From Bacteroidales bacterium (lineage in GTDB: Bacteria > Bacteroidota > Bacteroidia > Bacteroidales > VadinHA17): 64,000 nt of DNA. Below the pieces are notes generated by a model that had not been told where the DNA came from, did not search any database, and worked only from the letters and a program-made list of their open reading frames with translations. This document shows positions 53,784 through 63,680 of the stretch, one piece after another; within the stretch, counting starts at the first letter, position 1, and each line of letters begins with the position of its first letter. Made by a program: the position numbers and the translations under genes. The stretch spans positions 36,573 to 100,572 of the forward strand of contig JAIPBU010000004.1 in assembly GCA_021738535.1 (NCBI GenBank), written 5' to 3'.

Positions 53784-55064
53784 CTATTCGGTTTCCTGTC
53801 TGTGCAGTTCCTTATTTATTCCCAGTACAAGTCTGAACAGGTTTTCATAGGCATAAAGGGGTAATTTGTCTGCAGTATCAAAGATGTTATGACCGCCACC
53901 GGCTCTTCCTGTTGTCAGGAAGAATATTGCAGGCACATTCTTCAGATGAAATGGCCAGTGATCACTGTTAGCTGAACCGTTTCTTTGTATTATCTCTTTC
54001 ATATAGCCCTTTTGTTCATTGATCTTTTGAACAATTGCTGCTTCAAGCGGTCTTTGAGGACCGTTGAACAGCAACACGCCATTTTGTCCGGTTCCGACCA
54101 TATCAAGGTTTACCACCAGTTTAATATTTTCCAGTGGAAATAATGGATTTTCCGCATAGTGCCTGGAGCCCATAAGGCCTGCCTCCTCACCGGAGAACAG
54201 CATAAATACATATGAATAATATGGTTTGTCAATTAATGAGAGATGCCTTGCCAGATCCAGCACCATACAAGTTCCGCTGGCATTATCTGATGCACCCGGG
54301 AAATAGTTGCCTTCACCGAATGATCCCATGCCATCGTAATGTGCAGTGTAAACTATGGTCTTATTTGTCTGACCGGGTATAAATCCTATTACATTCCTTG
54401 TAGTGTAGTGATCGTAGTATTTATTTTCTATATTCAGTTCAATGCTTTTTAAGGTTGAAGGAAGAGCCTTCCTGTTTAGCTGAACGTATGGCCAGGGCAT
54501 CTCATCTCTCCCAACCCTGCAGCCGGGGGTCTTTGAATATACTTCGATAAGTCCTGCGATATCGTGCTGGTCTGATAGGAGCAGGGCTTTAAGGAAGCTG
54601 AAAAGATCCCTGTTATTAAGGCCTGCGGAATCAATTACTACTAAGTTGTCCGGTCCCTTTTCCCTGAGCATCCCCAGTAAACTATCCGGCTTTCTCATTA
54701 AACCGGCATCTATGATCAGTGGTTTAAAAAGCCCACTGGATGAACCGCTTGTGGCATTCATCATGTAATCATCTCCAAAAACAAGGTCTTCGCCATTAAT
54801 TTTGAATGACACCTCTTCCAGGCTGTTTACATTGAATGAATATTCCTGGAAATAATCAGGGCCAAACTTCTGCAGTCCGGCCTTTTTGAATTCTCCCGCA
54901 AGATGTTCTGCTGCGATCCTGTCGCCATTTTTGTAGTACCCCCGACCATGAAATTCTGGTCCGCAAAGTATACCAAGCTGTTTGCGAACATATTTAATAT
55001 CCTGTGAATTTGCTCCGGAGATGAGACCAAGCAGGAAAACCAGGCCTATAACAATTCGTCGCAT
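53784..55064 (-). CDS. M28-family peptidase
   Basis: Metal and active-site region (HYDGMG, DNASG, FSGEEAGLMGS). I prefer the start at MRRIVIGLVFLLGLISGANSQ (55064), which removes the overlap with plsY. Confidence 0.8.
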   Translation of the reverse strand: MRRIVIGLVFLLGLISGANSQDIKYVRKQLGILCGPEFHGRGYYKNGDRIAAEHLAGEFKKAGLQKFGPDYFQEYSFNVNSLEEVSFKINGEDLVFGDDYMMNATSGSSSGLFKPLIIDAGLMRKPDSLLGMLREKGPDNLVVIDSAGLNNRDLFSFLKALLLSDQHDIAGLIEVYSKTPGCRVGRDEMPWPYVQLNRKALPSTLKSIELNIENKYYDHYTTRNVIGFIPGQTNKTIVYTAHYDGMGSFGEGNYFPGASDNASGTCMVLDLARHLSLIDKPYYSYVFMLFSGEEAGLMGSRHYAENPLFPLENIKLVVNLDMVGTGQNGVLLFNGPQRPLEAAIVQKINEQKGYMKEIIQRNGSANSDHWPFHLKNVPAIFFLTTGRAGGGHNIFDTADKLPLYAYENLFRLVLGINKELHRQETE

Positions 55065-55071
55065 GAAGAAT

Positions 55072-55716
55072 CTATTTATTATTTCTTTTTTTCCAGAGGA
55101 ATCTGTTCTCTTCTCCATTTAATAATCTTTTAATATTCTTATTATGAGTTAATACCAGGGCCAGGGATATCAGCACTGAGAAAATCTTGAAAATAATGGA
55201 AGGTGTGTCAAAGAAAACCAGCAGAAATATTGGAAATGCAATACCGGCAGACATTGAGCTCAAAGAAACATAGCCTGTTACAAGCAGCACAATAAGAAAT
55301 ACACCCATACATGATACTGTAACAAGAGGATGAAGGGCAAGCAGTACACCAAAAGTACTTGCCACACCTTTCCCTCCTTTAAAACCGGCAAAGATGGGAA
55401 ATACGTGACCAACAATAGCAATCATACCGGTTGCTATTTGCATATTTATCAGTTCGGCTGATCCGGGTTCAGCCAGGTTCATCAAGGATGGCAATGCTGC
55501 AGCAAGCCAGCCTTTCCCTATATCGATCAGCAAAACGGGTATGCCTGTGCTCCAGCCCAGTACCCTTATGGTATTTGTGGCACCTGCATTACCGCTCCCA
55601 TGCTGCCGGATATCCATACCATGAAATAATTTTCCTGTCCATACAGCAGTGGCAATTGAACCCAGCCCGTATGCCAGGAGGCATGCAAGAATGAATAATT
55701 TATAACTGGGGTCCAT
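55072..55716 (-). CDS. plsY: glycerol-3-phosphate acyltransferase PlsY
   Basis: GSGNAGATN motif, polytopic, 214 aa. Its start overlaps the pckA stop by 17 nt. Confidence 0.9.
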   Translation of the reverse strand: MDPSYKLFILACLLAYGLGSIATAVWTGKLFHGMDIRQHGSGNAGATNTIRVLGWSTGIPVLLIDIGKGWLAAALPSLMNLAEPGSAELINMQIATGMIAIVGHVFPIFAGFKGGKGVASTFGVLLALHPLVTVSCMGVFLIVLLVTGYVSLSSMSAGIAFPIFLLVFFDTPSIIFKIFSVLISLALVLTHNKNIKRLLNGEENRFLWKKRNNK

Positions 55717-57319
55717 ATTTTATCAGTTCGGTAAGATCATCATTAACTGCAAATTTCTTAAAATTATTTATGAACTTGTCTGCAAGTACCCGGGCCTGCT
55801 TATTCCAGTCCTCTTCGTTTTTCCAGGTATTGCCGGGTACCAGGAGCTTTGAGTCAACTCCCTTTATGCTATCAGGTACTGCCAGCTTAAAAACCGGGAT
55901 CTCGTTAAAGCCACTCTTATTTATAGATCCGTCAAGTATTGCATTAATAATACGCCTTGTTGAAGGAAGGTCTATTCTTTCACCTGTACCATACGGACCA
56001 CCTATCCATCCTGTATTAACCAGCCATGCATCGGCTCCGCTCATTTGCATTTTTCTCACCAGTTCATTGGCATAAATTATTGGATCAAGGAGCAGGAATG
56101 CTGCACCGAAACAGGCTGAGAATGATGGTTGCGGTTCCTTGATGCCCCTTTCTGTCCCGGCTACCTTGGCGGTGTAGCCGCTAATAAAATAATACCTGGT
56201 TTGTCCGGCAGTAAGCTTTGCTACCGGAGGCAGTACTCCGAATGCATCGGCAGTCAGGAAGATAACTTTAGTTGCATGTCCTGCCTTGGATACCGGCTTA
56301 ACGATATTGTTAATGTGGTAAATAGGGTAGGATACCCTTGTGTTCTCAGTTTTACTGTCATCATCGAAATCAATACTGCCGTCTTTATTGACCACTACGT
56401 TTTCAAGTAATGCATTCCTGCGTATAGCATTATAAATATCAGGTTCTTTTTCTTTGCTCAGATGGATGGTTTTTGCATAACATCCTCCTTCAAAGTTAAA
56501 TATACCGTCATCATCCCATCCATGTTCATCATCCCCGATAAGAGCCCTGTCCGGATCTGTTGAAAGTGTTGTTTTACCGGTACCAGATAGCCCGAAAAAG
56601 ATTGCTACATCATTATCTTTTCCAACATTGGCTGAGCAATGCATTGCCGCAATCTTTTGCAGGGGCAGATAATAGTTCATTACCGAAAATATTCCTTTTT
56701 TCAGTTCACCACCATACCAGGTTCCTCCCAGGACAGCCATTCCTTCGGTTAGGTTAAATAACACGAAAGTATCAGAGTGAAGCCCCTGTTCCTTCCATTT
56801 TTTATTGCTTGTTTTTGAGGCCACCAGGAAGACAAAGTCAGGGTCGAAAGATTCAAGCTCCTCTTCTGTGGGCCTGATGAACATATTTTTTACGAAATGT
56901 GCCTGCCAGGCTACTTCCATAATGAACCTGATCTTCATCCTGGTGCTTTCATTGGCACCTGCATAGCAATCAACCACGTACAGCTTCTGACCTGAAAGCT
57001 GATCAGAGGCCAGCTTTTTGCAATGGTTCCATACTTCATTATTTATGGGTTTATTATCAGAAACCTGTGCTTTCTCAGACTTCCACCAGACGGTGTCCTT
57101 CGTTTTATCGTCATAAACGATGTACTTGTCTTTTGGTGATCTGCCTGTATAAATGCCTGTATCTACAGCAACAGCTCCGGTTTCTGTCACAATACCTTTT
57201 TCATAGCCTTCCAGTGAGGGATCTGTCTCAGCTTCGAAAAGGTGATCATATCCGGGGTTGTAAATTATCTCTGCGGGTTCTTTGATATTATAGGTTAGGA
57301 GATCTTTTTTTATGACCAT
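55700..57319 (-). CDS. pckA: phosphoenolpyruvate carboxykinase (ATP)
   Basis: Kinase-1a motif [11 protein letters not shown] and the PckA-specific region IGDDEHGW. I prefer the start at MVIKKDLL (57319), because a -7 box lies inside the longer ORF. Confidence 0.9.
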   Translation of the reverse strand: MVIKKDLLTYNIKEPAEIIYNPGYDHLFEAETDPSLEGYEKGIVTETGAVAVDTGIYTGRSPKDKYIVYDDKTKDTVWWKSEKAQVSDNKPINNEVWNHCKKLASDQLSGQKLYVVDCYAGANESTRMKIRFIMEVAWQAHFVKNMFIRPTEEELESFDPDFVFLVASKTSNKKWKEQGLHSDTFVLFNLTEGMAVLGGTWYGGELKKGIFSVMNYYLPLQKIAAMHCSANVGKDNDVAIFFGLSGTGKTTLSTDPDRALIGDDEHGWDDDGIFNFEGGCYAKTIHLSKEKEPDIYNAIRRNALLENVVVNKDGSIDFDDDSKTENTRVSYPIYHINNIVKPVSKAGHATKVIFLTADAFGVLPPVAKLTAGQTRYYFISGYTAKVAGTERGIKEPQPSFSACFGAAFLLLDPIIYANELVRKMQMSGADAWLVNTGWIGGPYGTGERIDLPSTRRIINAILDGSINKSGFNEIPVFKLAVPDSIKGVDSKLLVPGNTWKNEEDWNKQARVLADKFINNFKKFAVNDDLTELIKYGPQL

Positions 57320-57345
57320 TACTACATATTTTGATTTATAAAGCT

Positions 57346-57353
57346 CAAAGTTA
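57346..57353 (-). promoter_or_regulatory. candidate -7 promoter box (TAACTTTG on minus strand) for pckA
   Basis: Plus-strand CAAAGTTA, 27 nt upstream of ATG 57319. Confidence 0.4.
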
Positions 57354-57539
57354 AAAAATATTATCTGTGGTTTATTATTATTGGTATATGTTATTTGATA
57401 CAAATAACCCTGCCAGCCGATGGATTGATGGCCCCGGGCAAACAGTTTAAAGCACTGGTATGTATGGCATAATAAGCTGGAATAAAACCTTTTGATCTTT
57501 CGATTGTCTTATAGAAAGAAATCAATAAATATTAAAAAA

Positions 57540-58124
57540 ATGAAAAAGGTAAGTTATTTTATTATTGCGATACTCGTTTTTGCACCATTTTATTCAGCCG
57601 GTGCTCAGAGTTTAAAGGGTGATACCGAGAGATCCACTATACTTTGGCATGGTGAAAAAATAGGAGGTGCACATGATGGTACAATTGATCTTAAATCTGC
57701 CTGGGTTAAGATTGAAGACAAGATGCCTGTTTCCGGTTCGGTTGTGATTGATATGACAACAATTGTTGATACAGACATCAAGAATGACGGAATGCGTAAG
57801 AAGCTTGAGGAACACCTGAGGTCAGACGACTTCTTTGGAGTCGCTGATCATCCTGAAGCTGTTTTCAGTATAAGCTCTTCTGAAAAGACTGTTGATGGCC
57901 TAATGGTAAAAGGTGATCTGACAATTAAAGGTAAAACACAGCCATATGAATTCCTAACTCAGATGGAGGAAGAAGACGGTGGTTTTATTTTTAGAGGTTC
58001 AATGGATATTGACCGTACACTCTTCGATGTAAGGTATGGTTCAAAAAAGTTCTTTGCCAGGATAGGCGACAAGGCAATTGATGATATTTTTACCCTGAAA
58101 TATGAACTTTACCTGGTAAAGTAG
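57540..58124 (+). CDS. YceI-family periplasmic protein
   Basis: Signal peptide MKKVSYFIIAILVFAPFYSAGA. A YceI-like beta-barrel pattern is present (HDGTIDLKSAWV, GDLTIKGKTQPYEF). The track start at 57492 is probably too early. Confidence 0.75.
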   Translation: MKKVSYFIIAILVFAPFYSAGAQSLKGDTERSTILWHGEKIGGAHDGTIDLKSAWVKIEDKMPVSGSVVIDMTTIVDTDIKNDGMRKKLEEHLRSDDFFGVADHPEAVFSISSSEKTVDGLMVKGDLTIKGKTQPYEFLTQMEEEDGGFIFRGSMDIDRTLFDVRYGSKKFFARIGDKAIDDIFTLKYELYLVK

Positions 58125-58130
58125 GAAATG

Positions 58131-58256
58131 TTAATGGACTGGATTGTTGGAATAATGGATTGTTGAATTGTTGGAATGTTGGTTAACAAGCAGTAAGCTG
58201 CAAATATTTCCATTATTCCATTAATCCATTAATCCATTAATCCATTAATCCAGTTT
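58131..58256. repeat. long imperfect inverted repeat built from CCATTAAT / ATTAATGG words; probable bidirectional terminator
   Basis: The right arm has five tandem 8-mers: CCATTATT once, then CCATTAAT four times (58210-58251). The left arm CTGGATTGTTGGAATAATGGATT (58138-58160) matches the reverse complement of the right arm at about 19 of 23 positions by hand. It lies between the convergent yceI-like gene and ppdK. Confidence 0.7.
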
Positions 58257-58264
58257 AAACCTAC

Positions 58265-60973
58265 CTACCTCACATTAGCCTGTGCAGCTGCAAGCCTTGC
58301 TATTGGCACCCTGAAAGGTGAACAGCTTACGTAATCCATACCAACGGAGTCGCAGAATTCTACTGATGAAGGTTCTCCTCCATGTTCTCCACAGATACCA
58401 ACTTTGAGTTTATTGTTTGTTGAACGGCCTCTTTCGGTACCTGTTCTGACAAGCTGACCAACACCTTCCTGGTCAAGAACCTGGAAGGGATCGTTCTTAA
58501 GGATTCCTTTTTCGAGGTACACGGGCAGGAATTTGCCGGCATCGTCTCTTGAATATCCGAAAGTCATCTGGGTCAGATCGTTTGTGCCAAATGAGAAGAA
58601 GTCAGCTGTCTCAGCCACCTTATCAGCTGTAAGCGCTGCTCTTGGAATCTCAATCATAGTACCCACAAGATAGTCAACCCTGGTGCCTTTTTCCTCAAAT
58701 ACTCTTTCAGCAACAGTGTTGATAATATCTGCCTGCAGTTTTAGTTCTTCAACAGTACCGATAAGGGGAACCATGATCTCAGGTCTTGCATCAACACCTT
58801 TTTCCTTGAGGTTGCATGCAGCTTCAATGATGGCTCTGGCCTGCATTTCAGTAATTTCCGGGTAAGTATTACCCAGGCGGCAACCCCTGTGTCCCAGCAT
58901 CGGGTTAAATTCGTGAAGAGCTTCAACTTTCTCTTTAACTTCCTCGGCACTTATACCCAGTTCCTTTGCCATTTCTGCCTGGTTTGCTTCCTCATGAGGA
59001 ACAAACTCGTGGAGTGGCGGATCAAGAAGTCTGATTGTTACACCATATCCATTCATTGCTTCAAGGATACCTTCAAAGTCCTCTCTCTGGTAGGGAAGCA
59101 GTTTTTCAAGAGCCTTGCGCCTCTTAGTTTCATTCTCAGCCAGGATCATTTCTCTCATTGCCATGATCCTTTCACCTTCAAAGAACATATGCTCGGTACG
59201 GCAAAGACCAATACCTTTGGCTCCGAAATCCCTTGCTGTTTGTGCATCAGCAGGTGTATCAGCATTTGTTCGTACACTCATCCTGGTGTATTTCTCGGCC
59301 AGGTTCATTATCTCACCAAAATCACCACCCATCTGTGGATCTATGGTTGCAATCTTGGACTCATATACCTCACCTGTTGTTCCGTTAAGAGAGATCCAGT
59401 CGCCTTCCTTGAATGTTTTATCCCCGGCCTTAAGTGTACGTGACTTGTAATTTATTAAAATATTTCCGGCTCCTGAGACGCAGCATTTACCCATACCCCT
59501 GGCAACTACTGCTGCGTGAGAGGTCATGCCTCCGCGTGCAGTAAGTATACCACTGGCAATATTCATTCCTTCAAGATCTTCAGGTGATGTTTCAATACGT
59601 GCGAGTATTGTCTCCGGGTACTTGTTGGCTTCATCTGCAAAGAATACCAGTTGGCCTGTAGCAGCTCCGGGCGAAGCGGGCAGGCCTTTACCTATAACAA
59701 CAGCATCTTTCAGAGCTTTTTTATCAAATACCGGGTGTAAGAGTTCATCCAGTTTATTCGGCTCCAAGCGGAGAAGGGCTGTCTTTTCATCTATCTTTCC
59801 TTCTTTAAGAAGGTCAATGGCAATTTTTACCATTGCAGCCCCGGTACGCTTACCATTCCTTGTCTGCAGTAACCATAGTTTACCTTCCTGTATTGTAAAC
59901 TCAAGGTCCTGCATATCACCGTAATGATCTTCAAGTTTTTTCTGTGTATCAAAAAGCTCCTGGTAAACTTCCGGCATCTTTTCTTCAAGTGAAGGAAATT
60001 TACCTGCTCTTGTTTCTTCATCAACACCGGCCAGCTTAGCCCAGCGCAGTGATCCTTCATGTGTGATCTGCTGAGGTGTTCTTACACCTGCAACAACATC
60101 TTCACCCTGTGCATTAATCAGGTATTCCCCGTTAAAAATATTTTCTCCTGTTGCTGCATCACGTGTAAATGCTACTCCTGTTCCGGATGTTTCTCCCATA
60201 TTACCGAATACCATGGCCTGGACGTTAACCGCAGTACCCCATTCACCAGGTATTTTGTTTATCTGGCGGTAGTACTTGGCCCTCTGGTTCATCCAGCTGT
60301 CAAAAACAGCACTAATGGAACCCCATAACTGCTCCCACGGATCAGTAGGGAAATCCTGGCCTGTTTTCTCTTTAATAGCTTTTTTAAATTTTGAAACCAG
60401 CAGCTTAAGGTCGTCTACTGTTAGATCAGTGTCGTTTTCAATGCCCTTTTCTTCCTTGAGCCCCTCGATAATTTCTTCAAACGGATCAACATCTTCCTTG
60501 GAGGCAGGCTTAAGATCCATTACAACATCTCCGTACATCTGAACAAACCTGCGGTATGAATCCCATGCAAATCTTTCGTTACCGGTTTTATTGGTAAGAC
60601 CTACAACTGCATCATCGTTCATACCCAGATTAAGAACAGTGTCCATCATCCCGGGCATGGAAACCCTGGCACCTGAACGAACAGAGAGAAGACAGGGATT
60701 TTCCCTTGATCCGAATTCTGTTCCCATTATTTTTTCAACGTTCTTAATGGATGCCTCAACTTCACTCTTTATTAATTCAACAGTTTCTTCCCTGCCTATC
60801 TTATTATACTCCGTGCACACATCTGTTGTTATGGTGAACCCGGGAGGTACCGGTACCCCTGTAAGATTCATTTCAGCCAGGTTGGCACCCTTGCCACCCA
60901 GCAAATTTTTCATACCTGCATTACCCTCAGCCTTCTTGTCGCCGAAAGTGTAAACTCTTTTTACCTTAGCCAT
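58265..60973 (-). CDS. ppdK: pyruvate, phosphate dikinase
   Basis: 902 aa. It has the phosphohistidine motif GGMTSHAAVVARGMG, an N-terminal ATP-grasp domain and a C-terminal PEP-utilising TIM domain (GICGE). Confidence 0.95.
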   Translation of the reverse strand: MAKVKRVYTFGDKKAEGNAGMKNLLGGKGANLAEMNLTGVPVPPGFTITTDVCTEYNKIGREETVELIKSEVEASIKNVEKIMGTEFGSRENPCLLSVRSGARVSMPGMMDTVLNLGMNDDAVVGLTNKTGNERFAWDSYRRFVQMYGDVVMDLKPASKEDVDPFEEIIEGLKEEKGIENDTDLTVDDLKLLVSKFKKAIKEKTGQDFPTDPWEQLWGSISAVFDSWMNQRAKYYRQINKIPGEWGTAVNVQAMVFGNMGETSGTGVAFTRDAATGENIFNGEYLINAQGEDVVAGVRTPQQITHEGSLRWAKLAGVDEETRAGKFPSLEEKMPEVYQELFDTQKKLEDHYGDMQDLEFTIQEGKLWLLQTRNGKRTGAAMVKIAIDLLKEGKIDEKTALLRLEPNKLDELLHPVFDKKALKDAVVIGKGLPASPGAATGQLVFFADEANKYPETILARIETSPEDLEGMNIASGILTARGGMTSHAAVVARGMGKCCVSGAGNILINYKSRTLKAGDKTFKEGDWISLNGTTGEVYESKIATIDPQMGGDFGEIMNLAEKYTRMSVRTNADTPADAQTARDFGAKGIGLCRTEHMFFEGERIMAMREMILAENETKRRKALEKLLPYQREDFEGILEAMNGYGVTIRLLDPPLHEFVPHEEANQAEMAKELGISAEEVKEKVEALHEFNPMLGHRGCRLGNTYPEITEMQARAIIEAACNLKEKGVDARPEIMVPLIGTVEELKLQADIINTVAERVFEEKGTRVDYLVGTMIEIPRAALTADKVAETADFFSFGTNDLTQMTFGYSRDDAGKFLPVYLEKGILKNDPFQVLDQEGVGQLVRTGTERGRSTNNKLKVGICGEHGGEPSSVEFCDSVGMDYVSCSPFRVPIARLAAAQANVR

Positions 60974-61022
60974 AAATTCTATTTTTTAGATATTAACTGT
61001 TTTTCAAAAAATTTTTAAGTCG

Positions 61023-61030
61023 CAAATATA
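61023..61030 (-). promoter_or_regulatory. candidate -7 promoter box (TATATTTG on minus strand) for ppdK
   Basis: Plus-strand CAAATATA, 50 nt upstream of ATG 60973. Confidence 0.4.
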
Positions 61031-61219
61031 CAAAAAAAATATGAAGATAAAGCATTTTTGGTATACATATAAAGTGTTGAATATCAAGAAGTGTGTAATT
61101 AAATATGTTTAATATCAAGTTTAGGTTTTCTTTTTACAATTTAAGCTGTCTATATAGATATTATATGTTATTTTGGTTTGATAAATCATATTTGAAAAGT
61201 TGACCTGAAAAGACCTTTT

Positions 61220-63643
61220 ATGAAAACCTCACTGAATTGTTTTTTATTTCTGTTCTTAAGTTTTTCCACGCTGTGCCAGGAAAGACAATTTGATCCCTAC
61301 CTTACGCTTTGGTATGAGAGTCCTGCCGAAGAATGGGAGCAGGCATTACCCGTGGGAAACGGCAGGCTGGGGGCTATGATTTTTGGTGGCATTGCCGAGG
61401 AGCGGGTGCAGATAAACGAAGAAACACACTGGACCGGAGGCCCGTATTCAACTACTGTTGAAGGAGGATACATGTATTTGCCTGAGATACAAAAAAATAT
61501 ATTTGAAGGTAAGCCCCTGGTAGCTCACAAGATTTTTGGAAGGCACCTGATGGGTTATCCCGTGGAGCAGCAGAAATACCAGTCTACAGCCAACCTTCAT
61601 CTTTTTTTCCCGGAGAATAAAGAAACCTCAGGCTACAGGAGGTGGCTTGACATGGGTACCGGTATAGTACACGTAGAATATGAGTCGGGAGGAGTGAGAT
61701 ATCACAGGGAAGTGTTTGTATCTGAGCCTGACCAGGTAATTATTATCAGGTTGAGCAGTGACAGTGAAAATGCTCTTAGCTTCCGGGCTCAGCTCCGGGG
61801 AGTGCGTAATATGGCTCATTCAAATTATGCCACTGATTATTTCAGGATGGATGGTATTGGTGATGACGGGCTGGTGGTATACGGAAAATCAGCTGATTAC
61901 CTGGGTGTTGAGGGGCAACTGAGGTATAGAGCCCGCTTAAAGGCTGTTAATAAGGGAGGTACCATCAGGGTTGAAGGAACAGAGCTGATTGTAGAGGATG
62001 CCGATGCAGTTACTTTATGTATAGTGGCAGCCACAAATTTTGTAAACTACAGGGATGTGAGTGCAGATCCCGAATTGCGGATACAGAATTACCTGGACAA
62101 TATTAAAGGCAAAAGCTTTGACCGGCTGAAAATTTCAGCTGTTGAAGATTATAAAGGCCTTTTTGACAGGGTGTGCCTGGAATTACCTGTTACCGATAAT
62201 TCATACCTGCCAACCGGTGAGAGGATGAAAGCCCTTACTGATAGCCCTGACCCGGCCCTGGCAGCACTGGCATATAATTTCGGGCGTTATGTGCTTATTT
62301 CTTCCTCCCGTCAGGGCACTCAGCCTGCAAACCTGCAGGGTATATGGAACGAGGACATGAACCCTTCGTGGGATTCAAAATATACCACGAATATCAATAC
62401 CGAAATGAACTACTGGCCGGTCGAATCAGGTAACCTGTCAGAATGCGCTGAACCACTGATCAAAATGGTAAGAGAATTAAGCGACCAGGGTTCTGATGTG
62501 GCCCGCGAACATTATGGCGCCGGAGGCTGGGTATTCCATCAGAACACTGACTTATGGAGAGTTGCTGCACCAATGGATGGACCAACCTGGGGTACGTTTA
62601 CAACCGGCGGTGCCTGGTTAACAACTCACCTGTGGGAACATTTTTTGTATACGAGTGATATTAAATACCTTGAAGATGTTTATGAGATAATAAAGGGATC
62701 TGTTCAGTTCTTTATGGATTTTCTTGTTGAGCACCCTAATGGAGAGTGGCTTGTAACAAACCCCTCAAATTCACCCGAAAATCCACCTGAAGGGCCCGGT
62801 TACAAGTATTTTTATGATGAAGTAACGGGAATGTATTATTTTACAACTATCTGCTATGGCTCTACAATTGATATGCAGATACTGCACGACCTGTTTGGCT
62901 ATTTCATTGAGGCTGCTGATCTGCTGGACAGGGATAAGGAGTTTGCCCGGTTAGTAAAAAAGGCCCGCAAAAGGCTTGTGCCGCCGCAAATAGGCTCTGA
63001 TGGTGCTCTGCAGGAATGGACTGAGGATTATGGACAGATGGAGGAAAAGCACAGGCATTTTTCTCATCTCTACGGGCTCTATCCCGGGAATGTTATTTCG
63101 GCTGAAAGAACTCCCGGGCTTGTGGATGCCTGCAAGGCTGTGCTTGAGCAGCGGGGAGATGGCGGTACCGGTTTTTCGAGGGGATGGAAAATGGCGTTGT
63201 GGGCACGGTTGTATGATGGTAACAGGGCAAACAGTATCTTTAAAGGTTATATTAAGGAACAGGCTTATCCCCAGTTGTTTGCAAAATGCTTTACTCCATT
63301 ACAGGTAGATGGCACCCTTGGCGTTACAGCCGGTATTACAGAAATGCTACTGCAGTCGCATGAAGGGCTTATTGATATACTGCCTTCTTTACCTGATGAA
63401 TGGCCGGCAGGCCAATTCAGCGGAGTACGTGCAAGGGGTGGCTTTGAACTGGATATGGAATGGATTGATGGAAGATTAACAGGGCTGAAAATTGTTTCTG
63501 AAGCAGGCAATATTTGCAGAGTGAAGGCAGGTCCCGTATCCGGTGTTTTCTGCAATGGCAGGCCATTAGTAACAAAACAATATAATGATGGATCAATAGA
63601 GTTTGAAACAGAAAAAGGCAATGAGTATACTTTCCAGTTTTAA
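61220..63643 (+). CDS. glycoside hydrolase family 95 (alpha-L-fucosidase/alpha-L-galactosidase type), secreted
   Basis: Signal peptide. The GH95 hallmark motifs are present: LPVGNGRLGAM, NLQGIWN, YTTNINTEMNYWP and DGTLG. Confidence 0.85.
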   Translation: MKTSLNCFLFLFLSFSTLCQERQFDPYLTLWYESPAEEWEQALPVGNGRLGAMIFGGIAEERVQINEETHWTGGPYSTTVEGGYMYLPEIQKNIFEGKPLVAHKIFGRHLMGYPVEQQKYQSTANLHLFFPENKETSGYRRWLDMGTGIVHVEYESGGVRYHREVFVSEPDQVIIIRLSSDSENALSFRAQLRGVRNMAHSNYATDYFRMDGIGDDGLVVYGKSADYLGVEGQLRYRARLKAVNKGGTIRVEGTELIVEDADAVTLCIVAATNFVNYRDVSADPELRIQNYLDNIKGKSFDRLKISAVEDYKGLFDRVCLELPVTDNSYLPTGERMKALTDSPDPALAALAYNFGRYVLISSSRQGTQPANLQGIWNEDMNPSWDSKYTTNINTEMNYWPVESGNLSECAEPLIKMVRELSDQGSDVAREHYGAGGWVFHQNTDLWRVAAPMDGPTWGTFTTGGAWLTTHLWEHFLYTSDIKYLEDVYEIIKGSVQFFMDFLVEHPNGEWLVTNPSNSPENPPEGPGYKYFYDEVTGMYYFTTICYGSTIDMQILHDLFGYFIEAADLLDRDKEFARLVKKARKRLVPPQIGSDGALQEWTEDYGQMEEKHRHFSHLYGLYPGNVISAERTPGLVDACKAVLEQRGDGGTGFSRGWKMALWARLYDGNRANSIFKGYIKEQAYPQLFAKCFTPLQVDGTLGVTAGITEMLLQSHEGLIDILPSLPDEWPAGQFSGVRARGGFELDMEWIDGRLTGLKIVSEAGNICRVKAGPVSGVFCNGRPLVTKQYNDGSIEFETEKGNEYTFQF

Positions 63644-63680
63644 AAAATAATTTAGTGTTAAACTTAAACAATATTACCGG

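Noticed and set aside
55065-55118. Upstream starts for the M28 peptidase (55118), pckA (57403) and yceI-like gene (57492)
   Set aside because: In each case an internal Met immediately precedes a signal peptide or the conserved N-terminus. The longer form either overlaps the neighbouring gene or contains a promoter box (57346-57353).
58889-60953. Several 90-184-aa plus-strand ORFs (58889-59443, 59115-59450, 59526-59924, 60591-60953)
   Set aside because: All are antisense to ppdK, whose identity is unambiguous. They are shadow ORFs. The same applies to the plus-strand ORFs inside pheT (for example 3663-4076 and 3904-4320).
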